From contig CAYFQT010000041.1 in NCBI GenBank assembly GCA_964345445.1, positions 1-54,994 of the forward strand: a stretch of DNA of 54,994 nucleotides. Reading direction: 5' to 3'. This DNA is from an uncultured Candidatus Saccharibacteria bacterium. Its GTDB lineage: Bacteria > Patescibacteriota > CPR2_A > CAYFQT01. A program made the position numbers and the translations under genes. Positions within the stretch are counted from its first letter, which is position 1, and each line of letters starts with the position of its first letter. A model generated the notes under the pieces. The model was not told the DNA's origin and ran no database searches. It was given only the letters and a program-made list of their open reading frames with translations. Below are positions 7,910-17,196 of the stretch, piece by piece.

Positions 7910-9658
7910 ATGAAAAGGTTTTATTTTATAATTTTGGTTGTTTTGCTTACAATTTTTTGTTTTTCAAGTTTTGCTTTTGGAGACGAATTGAAATTAGGGG
8001 GAGCTACCACTTTCTACTTTGCCGAAGGATATACAGGTCCTGGCTTTGATCAGTGGCTTTGTCTGCAGAATCCTAATGCATCTACAGTGGATGTAGAGGT
8101 TACTTACATGATTAGAGGTGGAATTAATCAAGTAAGGCATTATACAGTTGGTCCAAAAACTAGAGAGACTGTCAAAGTCAATGACGCTATAGGAGATGGT
8201 AAAGAAGTTTCTATGCAGGTATGCTGTGCCTTACCAATTATTGCCGAACGCCCTATGTATTTTAATTATCAAGGAAAGTGGACAGGTGGTCATGATGTGA
8301 TAGGGGCAACTACTCTTTCAAAGGTGTGGTATTTTGCTGAAGGATATACAGGTCTTGGCTTTGATCAGTGGCTTTGTCTGCAGAATCCTAACCCAGCTCC
8401 TACTAAAGTAAATATTACCTATATGTTTAGAGGGGGAGGAACTAAAGTCCAAATTCTAAGTGTAGGAGCAAAAACTAGAGAGACCGTATCAGTAAATTCA
8501 GCTATAGGTCTAAATAAAGAAGTATCTATGAAAGTAGAATCAGATCAAGAAATTATTGCCGAACGCCCCATGTATTTTAATTACATGAACAAGTGGGATG
8601 GTGGACATAACGTTATAGGTGCAATCGCATCTAGTAATAATTGGTATTTTGCCGAAGGATATACAGGCCCTGGCTTTGACCAGTGGCTTTGTCTGCAGAA
8701 TCCTAATGCATCTACAGTGGATGTAGAAGTAACCTATATGATAAGAGGTAGATCTAATCAGGTAATCCACTACCTAGTTGGTCCTAAAACTAGAGAAACA
8801 ATCAAGGTAAATGATGCAATAGGCAACAACTATGAAGTATCTATGAAAGTAGAATCAGATCAAGAAATTATTGCTGAGCGCCCCATGTATTTTAATTACA
8901 TGAACAAGTGGGATGGTGGACATAATGTTATAGGTGCTACTTCTCCTTCAAGGGTGTGGCATTTTGCTGAAGGCTATACAGGATATGGTTTTGACCAGTG
9001 GCTAACAATCCAGAACCCTTACCCATCTTCTGTAGATATAGAAGTAACCTATATGATAAGGTGGGGAGCTAATCAAGTAAGACATTACACAGTTGGTCCC
9101 AAAACTAGATACACGGTGAAAGTAAATGATGACATAGGAGACTGGAAAGAAGTTTCCATGTATGTATGCTGTGCCTTACCAATTATTGCCGAACGCCCCA
9201 TGTATTTTAATTATCAAGGAAAGTGGACAGGTGGTCATGATTTTTTGTCACCAATTCTTAGACCAGTTGCTATTGGTTCTCCTCATGGGAGTGTCCCTTT
9301 TGGTGCAAAGGCATATTCGCCTGACGGGAAATTGTCTGCTTGTGAAGTTGAACCGAAAGACCATGGTAATATTGGTATTTTTGATGTCAATACAGGTAAG
9401 TACCTTAAAGTAATAGACACACAGCAGCATCCTTGGGGAGACTATTCTAATACCCTCAAAGGTCTTGCTTGGGCTCCTGATAGCAAACGGATTGCTGTTA
9501 TGTACCATCATTTCGGAGGCGGTCACATCTCTATTGTCAATATAGACACAGAAAAAGAAACTAATTATCTTGATATTGACCAATGGTATCACTACATGGA
9601 ATTTTCTCCGGATGGAACAAAGATAATTGCCGAAGGTGATATTATAGACATAAACTAG
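7910..9658 (+). CDS. Secreted protein with four ~105-aa DUF5719-like repeats and a C-terminal WD40/TolB-like propeller fragment
   Basis: Signal peptide; 4x (W/F)(Y/H)FAEGYTGxGFDQWLxxQNP...IIAERPMYFNY..KWxGGH; AYSPDG, AWAPDS, FSPDG. Confidence 0.75.
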   Translation: MKRFYFIILVVLLTIFCFSSFAFGDELKLGGATTFYFAEGYTGPGFDQWLCLQNPNASTVDVEVTYMIRGGINQVRHYTVGPKTRETVKVNDAIGDGKEVSMQVCCALPIIAERPMYFNYQGKWTGGHDVIGATTLSKVWYFAEGYTGLGFDQWLCLQNPNPAPTKVNITYMFRGGGTKVQILSVGAKTRETVSVNSAIGLNKEVSMKVESDQEIIAERPMYFNYMNKWDGGHNVIGAIASSNNWYFAEGYTGPGFDQWLCLQNPNASTVDVEVTYMIRGRSNQVIHYLVGPKTRETIKVNDAIGNNYEVSMKVESDQEIIAERPMYFNYMNKWDGGHNVIGATSPSRVWHFAEGYTGYGFDQWLTIQNPYPSSVDIEVTYMIRWGANQVRHYTVGPKTRYTVKVNDDIGDWKEVSMYVCCALPIIAERPMYFNYQGKWTGGHDFLSPILRPVAIGSPHGSVPFGAKAYSPDGKLSACEVEPKDHGNIGIFDVNTGKYLKVIDTQQHPWGDYSNTLKGLAWAPDSKRIAVMYHHFGGGHISIVNIDTEKETNYLDIDQWYHYMEFSPDGTKIIAEGDIIDIN

Positions 9659-9814
9659 TCACTGCCATCATTTCACCTCCGAGGTAAAAATTTACAACAA
9701 AAAACCAAAAACTCCTTACTGGGCATATTGCCGATTTTCAATAATCAACAGTAAGGAGTTCTTTAAAATGAAATGTTCTTTAATAAATTTGACACCTTAA
9801 AAGGAGGGATATAA

Positions 9815-10888
9815 GTGAAAGACTCAAGACTGGAAAAATTTGCTGATATTTTGGTAAATTATTCAACAAAAGTACAAAAAAATGACATGGTTCTTATAGA
9901 TGTTTTAGAGCCTGTAGCAATTCCTTTAGTAGAAGAAGTTTACAAAAAAGTGCTGTTTGCTGGTGGACATCCATATGTTCATTTTGACATGTCTATATTT
10001 AAATATCTTCTTTTAAAATATGGTAAGGAATCTCAAATAAGTAAATTTCCTGAATTTACTGACCATATGGTAAAAAATAGCCAGGTTTATATTGGTATTG
10101 GCGGGAAAACAAAAGCTAATCTAATGGCTAATATTGACTGTCAAAAAAGCACTTTAAGGGAAACGACCATTTTCCCAATAGTAGAATATAGGGTCCAAAA
10201 CTGCAGATGGGTTATATGCCGTTATCCAACAAAAGTTTTGGCTGAGAAAGCAGGAATGAATCTTAAAGAATATAAGGACTTTGTCTTTAATGCTGTTCTA
10301 CAAGATTGGGCAGAAATGGATAAAGAATTTGAAAAAATAAAGAAGATATTTGATAACCAAAAAGAAATCAGAATAGTGGGCAAAGACACTGATTTAACTT
10401 TTAGTCTTGAAAACAGATTTGGGAGAAAATGTTGCGGGAAGAATAATATGCCTGATGGTGAATTATGTTACGCGCCAGTAGAAGATTCCATAGATGGTAT
10501 TATTACCTTTGAATGGCCTATGGAATTTCGTGGTGGAAAGGAAATTGAAGGAATAGTTTTATCTTTTAAAGACGGTAAGGCAGTTGAAGCAAAAGCAGAA
10601 AAAAATGAAGATTTACTGTTAGCTACCTTAGATGCTGATGATGGCTCAAGATATATAGGCGAGTTTGGCATAGGCTTGAATTATAGTATTACTCAACATA
10701 CTAAGAATGGTATTTTTGATGAAAAAATAGGGGGGACTGTTCATTTTGCCCTTGGTTCTCCACTCAAAGACACAGGCGGAAAGAACAAATCAAATATTCA
10801 CCAAGATATCATAAAAGACCTGAGAGAGAACGGCAAAATCTATGTTAATGGGGAATTAGTATTTAGAAATGGCGCTTATTTAAAGTAA
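9815..10888 (+). CDS. Aminopeptidase, M29 (AmpS/PepS) family
   Basis: NMPDGE, GEFGIG, FDEKIGGTVHFALG, SNIHQDII metal-binding motifs. Confidence 0.9.
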   Translation: MKDSRLEKFADILVNYSTKVQKNDMVLIDVLEPVAIPLVEEVYKKVLFAGGHPYVHFDMSIFKYLLLKYGKESQISKFPEFTDHMVKNSQVYIGIGGKTKANLMANIDCQKSTLRETTIFPIVEYRVQNCRWVICRYPTKVLAEKAGMNLKEYKDFVFNAVLQDWAEMDKEFEKIKKIFDNQKEIRIVGKDTDLTFSLENRFGRKCCGKNNMPDGELCYAPVEDSIDGIITFEWPMEFRGGKEIEGIVLSFKDGKAVEAKAEKNEDLLLATLDADDGSRYIGEFGIGLNYSITQHTKNGIFDEKIGGTVHFALGSPLKDTGGKNKSNIHQDIIKDLRENGKIYVNGELVFRNGAYLK

Positions 10889-11106
10889 TGTCTAAGAATA
10901 TTTCAAATCTTGCTGTTTCTTTAGAAATATTGAGTTCTCCTATTTAAAAAAGAAATATTAACCCGTTTGGGGTAAGTCGTAAATAAATACGCACCTGGAC
11001 GGGTTGTTTTTTATCTAAAAACAAGAATTTTGTTTTAAAAAGAAAAAAGGCTCCAAAAATTCTTCATATTTTTGGAGCCAGTTCAGGCTAAAAAATGTTG
11101 CTGTGA

Positions 11107-12084
11107 TTAAGCCATAGCCCTTTCAGTATTTATGCTCCTCCTGGCTTTCAGTTGAGTTTGTTTCCTAGCTTGTCTTTTGTTCTTAAATAATTCCTTTGCT
11201 CCCCTAACATCCTTCAGGAAGATAGGACAAAAGACTTCCACAATTGCTTCTTTAATTGCCGGGATAATGCTTTTAAAAAAGGCTAATATAACTGTCTTTA
11301 ATACAGATAGAATAGCCCAGATTAAAGCAACAATCGGAGCTGTAGCCAATTGTAATGTAGCACTCCATCTTCGTAAAAGAAGGGCTAAAAATAATACTGC
11401 AATCACTATGGCTATTTTTGGATGTGTCTTTGCTGCCTGCAGCATCCAGTTCAATAGAACATCTGCTTTCATTTCACTCACCTCTTTTGTTTTATTTTTT
11501 TCCAGTTCTTTAAAATCTTTCTTTTCTTTCTTAGATTTTAGCTGGGGCTGAGGAGGAAGATAGGGTTCAAACAAACCCATACGATTTGCAACTTTCTGTG
11601 CCCACAAAGGATCGCTAGCATATTTCTTGTTCATACCAACAAGAGTTGGACCATTGAAATATTGGCCACCTGGGGTAAGATATTTATTCTTGATAAAACA
11701 AGCAATTTTCTCGATCCCCTCCTCTTTGGAGTTAAACTGTCTAGCAAGTCTATAAGGTGCTTTATCATGAGCACCAAATCCAAAGAGATTATTCTTTTCC
11801 GTAGCGATTCTGGATCTTCCCCAGTCTGACTCCAAAATAGCATGGGCTGCAAAATACTGAGCATTAATTCCATATGTTTCCTCAACCTGCACAAATTCTT
11901 TACCAAGCCCTTCTAAAGGGGTTTTAGTAAAAACCTTGTCAATATCCTCCGCACATAATCCACTTTTACTTATAAGATTCATATTAATATAATCTTTAGC
12001 AAAAGCAGGCGAAGGAATGTTTAGAAAGACAAGAGTTGCCACAATCACCGTAATTCTTATCATCCTTTTCAACCTCTCCACCAC
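11107..12084 (-). CDS. GH73 glucosaminidase-domain peptidoglycan hydrolase with C-terminal TM helices
   Basis: AHAILESDWG, NNLFGFGA, YASDPLWA motifs; start may be ATG 12063. Confidence 0.85.
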   Translation of the reverse strand: MVERLKRMIRITVIVATLVFLNIPSPAFAKDYINMNLISKSGLCAEDIDKVFTKTPLEGLGKEFVQVEETYGINAQYFAAHAILESDWGRSRIATEKNNLFGFGAHDKAPYRLARQFNSKEEGIEKIACFIKNKYLTPGGQYFNGPTLVGMNKKYASDPLWAQKVANRMGLFEPYLPPQPQLKSKKEKKDFKELEKNKTKEVSEMKADVLLNWMLQAAKTHPKIAIVIAVLFLALLLRRWSATLQLATAPIVALIWAILSVLKTVILAFFKSIIPAIKEAIVEVFCPIFLKDVRGAKELFKNKRQARKQTQLKARRSINTERAMA

Positions 12085-12238
12085 CTTTCTTTACTTTCTG
12101 TTATTTTACAAGATTTTCTATAATATCTATGTGAAATAAGGATAAATTAGCCTTGAGTTTTTATATTCATTTTTTAAGGTTTAAGGGCTTATTCCCTATT
12201 TTCTAATTCCATAAGATCAGAAAACAAGAAACAAAAAA

Positions 12239-12310
12239 GACGACCGGTTTCACTACTGGCTCCCTATGCCCCAAGTGACCATATATAGGACATAGTTCAT
12301 CGCATTCGTC
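12239..12310 (-). ncRNA. c-di-GMP-II riboswitch aptamer
   Basis: Minus strand GACGA-ATGCGATGAA-CTATGTCC-TATATAT-GGTCAC-TT-GGGGCATAG-GGAGCCAGTAGTGAAACCGG-TCGTC, then a U-tract; fits class II features (TGAA/GGAG kink-turn, AGTAGTG.AACC, pseudoknot). Confidence 0.8.
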
Positions 12311-12347
12311 AGAAGACAGGCAATCTTAAATTTTTAAGGAAGGTCTA

Positions 12348-12376
12348 ATTGTACCTCAAAAAGAAAAAAATGTCAA
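12348..12376 (-). promoter_or_regulatory. Sigma70 promoter for the riboswitch-GH73 transcript
   Basis: TTGACA-17-TACAAT on the minus strand. Confidence 0.7.
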
Positions 12377-12542
12377 TAGTTTTTTTGAAAATCACAAATT
12401 TTTAACTTATACAAGGATAGGTCTCCATAACTGTACGATATTGGGTAATGTACAAGTTTAGTTTTCTCCTTCTTGAATTTTTCTAGAATTTTTAATAAAA
12501 TAAAATAAATTAATCTTGAAGGGTTAAAAATAGGAGGTGAAT

Positions 12543-12728
12543 ATGAACGAAGATGAATATAAAAAAATTGAATTAGAATGTGCGATCTGTAAAACTAGAT
12601 TTGACGTCTGGATTTCCAATAAAGATTTTTCTGCTGAAGCCGAGGAGATGATTAGAAAGCATTTTTATGACCATTGTCCAGTTTGCAAGGTTTTTGAAGA
12701 AATGAAAAAGAAAAAGAGCAAAGCATAG
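12543..12728 (+). CDS. Small zinc-ribbon protein
   Basis: CAIC...CPVC; GGAGGTG RBS. Confidence 0.7.
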   Translation: MNEDEYKKIELECAICKTRFDVWISNKDFSAEAEEMIRKHFYDHCPVCKVFEEMKKKKSKA

Positions 12729-12781
12729 ATATTTTTAATACACAAAAAAACATTAAAAATGGCTATTTTAGCCATTTTTAT

Positions 12782-12840
12782 TTGACAAATCAAGCTTAGC
12801 TTGACAAATAGATTTTGATATAATAAGATCAGATATTCTG
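12782..12840 (+). promoter_or_regulatory. Sigma70 promoter module, homologous to 6508-6566
   Basis: TTGACA(12801)-17-TATAAT-type arrangement within the shared block. Confidence 0.7.
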
Positions 12841-12955
12841 AAAATAAAAATCATTTTTACCAAAAAATTAAAATCGTACCTTAAAAAGGGAGGTGATATT
12901 CAGACTAATATAGAGCAATAAGAGGGGAAAGGCTAAAAGGGGGAAGTGCTAGAAA

Positions 12956-13873
12956 ATGCAGAAATTTAAACAGCTAACCATTGTACTTTTAGTTTCAGTG
13001 CTTATTTTTTCCTTGCTATCTTGTAACACAACTAAGCATCAATCTGTTGAAAAATCCAAAAGTGTGGGTTGCTACTTAAAAGAAGCAGAATGTTTTATTA
13101 AAACATCTTGTAAATTAAGAACAAAAGATCTTGCTTTAGAGAATTTAAATAATTGTTTTGTTTGGCCTCCTCAAAATATAAATGATATTGATAAGTTTAT
13201 TACAGAAAATGAGGAAAGTAAAAAATCTTATCAAGAAGCCAAAAGAATAACTGACAAGGCTTTAAAAAAAGCCAAGGGGGTAACTGCTCCTGATGAATGC
13301 TCCAAATTTAGGGAAGAATGTATCCGTTTTTTTAAAGAGAAATCTAGAGAATATGAAAAAGGGATAAAAATTGCCAGCTATTTCATAGAACTTGGCAAGA
13401 TTAAAAAGCAAATTTTTATAATCTGTAAGAATTTGAATAATCCATCTCCAAAAAATCTGGCAACTGCTATGCAAAAATTGAGGAATATTCAAAAAGAAAC
13501 GGCTTCAATAGAAAATCAAATTCAATCAATTGATGTACCCCTAGAATGCGTAGAATATCATAATAGTCTTAAGATTTGTTTAGATAATATCTATAATTCT
13601 GCCAATGAGATTATTTCCTTAATTAAAACTGGTGATTTTGGTCGTACAGATTCAGCTTACCTGCTTTGCAACTTTCAACAAAAGATAAATTGCACTGATT
13701 CAATTATGGCCAAAGCTAATGATAATTTTGATGACAAAATGATAGATTTGGATGTAAGATCTTTGGTTTTAGCAGACAAGATTAACAAAGAATTAGAGGA
13801 TTTAAGTCTGGAGCATTTTTCTGACTCAGATTTTAAAGAGCCTCCGGAATTTTATGGTATCTCTTACAGATAG
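12956..13873 (+). CDS. Cys-rich helical lipoprotein, paralogue of 17197-18180
   Basis: Lipobox LLSC; shares LNN.F.W, AP.EC, VP..C.EY.NS, DS.M..AN.NF with the paralogue. Confidence 0.75.
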   Translation: MQKFKQLTIVLLVSVLIFSLLSCNTTKHQSVEKSKSVGCYLKEAECFIKTSCKLRTKDLALENLNNCFVWPPQNINDIDKFITENEESKKSYQEAKRITDKALKKAKGVTAPDECSKFREECIRFFKEKSREYEKGIKIASYFIELGKIKKQIFIICKNLNNPSPKNLATAMQKLRNIQKETASIENQIQSIDVPLECVEYHNSLKICLDNIYNSANEIISLIKTGDFGRTDSAYLLCNFQQKINCTDSIMAKANDNFDDKMIDLDVRSLVLADKINKELEDLSLEHFSDSDFKEPPEFYGISYR

Positions 13874-13903
13874 TAAATTATGTTTTGAAAGGGGTAAGGA
13901 AAA

Positions 13904-14374
13904 ATGGGCAATATAATTCGTTATATGATAGAGTTCTTTTTACCAAAGTTATCAAGTAGATTAGTTTATCCAATTGGTATTGTAGCACAAGATAAAAATG
14001 GTTGTGTATATAAAGTAATTTCAAAAGACAAATTGCTGTTTGATGTCAACTCTCCAGCATATGATTTTTATGCACCAACAATACGAGAACGGGAAAAAAT
14101 AATGACTGAAAATATTCTTTCTAAACCATCACAACCATTTAAACACAATAAAGAACTTGGATGTTTAGTCTCTGTTTGTCCTAATGAACCAGAGTATCTT
14201 GATTGGTTAATGGATAGAGGTATTATAGGCCATTTTTGGTTTGGTCCCGTTCATGAAATTGAAGGTGTCTCAGCACCACAGGTAGCCTCAGAACAGGCAG
14301 AAAGACTTAGTAATAGAGAGGAACAAATGAAGGTTATATTTGAGTTTAATGAAGAAACAACCCCAGAATCATAA
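13904..14374 (+). CDS. Hypothetical protein
   Basis: RBS AAGGA; N-terminus only weakly reminiscent of DUF3037. Confidence 0.6.
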   Translation: MGNIIRYMIEFFLPKLSSRLVYPIGIVAQDKNGCVYKVISKDKLLFDVNSPAYDFYAPTIREREKIMTENILSKPSQPFKHNKELGCLVSVCPNEPEYLDWLMDRGIIGHFWFGPVHEIEGVSAPQVASEQAERLSNREEQMKVIFEFNEETTPES

Positions 14375-14481
14375 AAAAATATTAAGGCGGAAGTCTAATA
14401 TGCTAAATTTATCATTTTTTAGACTTCCGTTTTTTTTATCTAACAACAGAAATTTTGATATAATAAGAAAAGGAAAGATTT

Positions 14482-15555
14482 ATGTCTAGTCCAGAAAGAA
14501 AAAAATCACCACCAAATACAATAGAATTTGAAAAGATATTCAATCGCAGTATGCCTCTTTTGAATATCGAATATTGGTATCAAGGAGAAAACAAAGGGTT
14601 AGCTCAATTGACAGAACAATCAATGTGCTTTAACCCTTTATTTTTATATGAGAAAAACAAAGGTGTTGATGTTTATTATGATCTTGATTGTGAAACCAAT
14701 GATAGAATTTTAATCTCCTATTTCAAAACCCATCCAAAAAAATTTGAATTATTAGTAGATAATTACAAAACAGATTGTGATAAACTAATGCAATTATCTC
14801 AAAAAGCAACTACCTGTGATATAGCCACTATTTTTAAATTACTTGTATTATTTTGGCCTAAAATGGCTACAATCTTCTCCTTAGGCAAATTAACCAAAGA
14901 CAATGATTCAAAATCAATTTACAGACATGCTTATAATTTAAGACAAAAGACTGAAAAAGTAGAATATTTATCTAATACTAATCTCATGAGATTAGTTAAT
15001 AAATCATTACCTGATTTAAAAAAATATACAGATGTGTTAACCTTTGAAGAAATTATAAATAAAGATATTCCTAATATAAAAGAACTAAAAAGAAGAAAAG
15101 AAAGATTTAGTTATTTTGAAGGTAAATTATATACAAATTTATCCATTGAACAGTTAGAAAAATTAAAGAATATAAAAATTATTAATGTTAACTTATCTGA
15201 TAATAAAAAATACAAAAAAATTCTAAAAGGTAAGGTAGCAATGAGGGGCAAAGCAAAGGGGAAAGTTACAATAGTATTTGAAACAGATCAACTAGATAAA
15301 GTTAAAAAAGGAGATATTTTAGTTACACCTATGACTACTCCTGATTATATTATGGCTATGGGAAAAGCAGCGGCTTTTATTACAGACGAAGGTGGTATCA
15401 CCTGCCATGCTGCTATTGTGGCCCGAGAAATGGGAAAGCCTTGTATTACAGGAACTAAAGTCGCCACCTCAGTTTTGCATGAAGGCGATTTAGTGGAAGT
15501 TGATGCCTATAAAGGTACTGTAAAAAAATATAATTCTCCCAAAACCAAGTTCTAA
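14482..15555 (+). CDS. PEP-utilising enzyme mobile (phospho-His swivel) domain protein
   Basis: GDILVTPMTTPD, TDEGGITCHAAIVAREMGKPC; no ATP-grasp domain seen. Confidence 0.85.
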   Translation: MSSPERKKSPPNTIEFEKIFNRSMPLLNIEYWYQGENKGLAQLTEQSMCFNPLFLYEKNKGVDVYYDLDCETNDRILISYFKTHPKKFELLVDNYKTDCDKLMQLSQKATTCDIATIFKLLVLFWPKMATIFSLGKLTKDNDSKSIYRHAYNLRQKTEKVEYLSNTNLMRLVNKSLPDLKKYTDVLTFEEIINKDIPNIKELKRRKERFSYFEGKLYTNLSIEQLEKLKNIKIINVNLSDNKKYKKILKGKVAMRGKAKGKVTIVFETDQLDKVKKGDILVTPMTTPDYIMAMGKAAAFITDEGGITCHAAIVAREMGKPCITGTKVATSVLHEGDLVEVDAYKGTVKKYNSPKTKF

Positions 15556-15689
15556 TTTTCTTTATAATATTTTGTTGGTATCTAAAATGGCCTTTTGAAG
15601 CCATTTTTTTGTTTGCCCAATTATTGACATTTTGGGAAATTTTTGATATAATAAACTAATTCTCCAAGAATTCTAAAAGAAAGGCTTTT

Positions 15690-16625
15690 ATGATTATTCA
15701 CATTTTATTCTTCTTACTTGCTTGCATTGTTTTGGTTAAAAGTGCAGATGTTTTAGTTGGGGCTTTGGTAAAAATAGCCTATTTTTTAAATTTGAGTGAG
15801 TTTACTGTAGGATTTATCATAATGGCTCTTGCCACTTCCATCCCAGAGTTATTTATAGGAATAAGTTCAGCCTTCAACAAAACTCCTGTTTTGTCATTAG
15901 GAGATGTTATTGGTTCTAATATTCTAGATCTTACTTTAGTCGCTGGTTTGATTATCATATTGGCTAAAGGTATAAAAGTAAAAGGTCAGACAGTAAACAA
16001 AAATAATTTGTATATTTTAGCAATAGTTATAATATTGCTGCTTTTATCTCTAGATCAAAATTTATCCAGATTGGATGGTGGTATTCTTCTTTTAATATAT
16101 TCTGTTTATATAACAAAGCAGTTTGCCGAAAGAAAAAAATTTAAGAAGATTCTGAAAAATGGGATAATAACAGGGATACCCACCCAATTTTTGCTCTTTT
16201 TAATAGGTGTTGTGGCGCTTTTGATAAGTGCTAGTTTTGTAGTAGAATTTGCTTCTCTCATAGCTCTAGATTTAAATCTGCCCCTAGTCTTGGTTGGTCT
16301 AATTGTTGTGTCTATAGGCACTTCTCTGCCTGAATTGGTCTTTGAAATTAAGGCTGTAACCTCTGGACATAAAGGAATGGCTATGGGTGATCTTTTGGGA
16401 AGTTTTATAACCAATATAACATTAGTTATAGGGATTGTTGCTTTAATCTCTCCTATTGTTATTGAAAATTTTATTTTATTTCTAACAAGTGCTGTTTTTA
16501 TGTTATTGATAGTCTTTATATTTGTTTTATTTACAAGAAGCAAAAAAGAACTTTCCTGGCAAGAAGGAATGATTTTGATAATGTTTTATATTGGTTTTGT
16601 TATTATTGAGCTTATAGCCCGCTAA
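15690..16625 (+). CDS. Na+/Ca2+ antiporter (CaCA, YrbG-like)
   Basis: Two alpha repeats ATSIPE/GTSLPE with GDVIGSN/GDLLGS. Confidence 0.9.
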   Translation: MIIHILFFLLACIVLVKSADVLVGALVKIAYFLNLSEFTVGFIIMALATSIPELFIGISSAFNKTPVLSLGDVIGSNILDLTLVAGLIIILAKGIKVKGQTVNKNNLYILAIVIILLLLSLDQNLSRLDGGILLLIYSVYITKQFAERKKFKKILKNGIITGIPTQFLLFLIGVVALLISASFVVEFASLIALDLNLPLVLVGLIVVSIGTSLPELVFEIKAVTSGHKGMAMGDLLGSFITNITLVIGIVALISPIVIENFILFLTSAVFMLLIVFIFVLFTRSKKELSWQEGMILIMFYIGFVIIELIAR

Positions 16626-16887
16626 GTTTTAATTTTTAATATTTATTGGTAAGAAAAATTTTAGAAAGTGGATAATCTCCACTTTTTTATTGTAGAAATA
16701 ACCACAAATTCATCATATAGAACTTATCTAAGATTATATAAGAACTTAACAATATTTCACGATCGAGATTATTTGTTAAGTGGATTTACTCGAAAAATTT
16801 GCTGAAAATATAATCAATATTTACTAGAAACAATTTTGTAGGGTTTAATGAGTTTGCGGCCGGAGACAAATTAAACCTTATTTTTAT

Positions 16888-16989
16888 GAAGCCTCTTCGG
16901 GTTAAAACCCAGGGTATCTAATATGTCTTTTTGGCAAAGTCCCCCAAAGCAGAAGGCATTCATCCCCCACTTAAAAGTGGGGATTTTCT
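16888..16989. mobile_element. Possible non-autonomous IS200/IS605-type remnant (paired terminal hairpins)
   Basis: GAAGCCTCTTCGGGTTAAAACCCAGGGTATCT ... TTCATCCCCCACTTAAAAGTGGGGATTTTCT; no transposase ORF. Confidence 0.4.
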
Positions 16990-17196
16990 ACAAAGGGGGA
17001 AAAATCATTTTTCAAACTAACAAATTCCTAAATTTGACTTTATTTTTTTAGTATGATATTTTCAAAACAACTTACACATCACATATATATCTTGCACATT
17101 AAAATTTCTAACTTAAAGAAGGTGGTGATTAAACTAAAAAAACAGTAAAAAAGTCAGAGGAGAAAATCAGAGGAGAAAAAAGGGGGAAAACTGAAA

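Noticed and set aside
7910..9300. Internal repeats as a DGR template/variable pair
   Set aside because: All copies are in-frame coding, mismatches are not adenine-specific, and no reverse transcriptase is present in the window.
11074..12264. 9-bp inverted match GGAGCCAGT/ACTGGCTCC flanking the GH73 gene
   Set aside because: Each half is already explained by the terminator hairpin and the riboswitch core.
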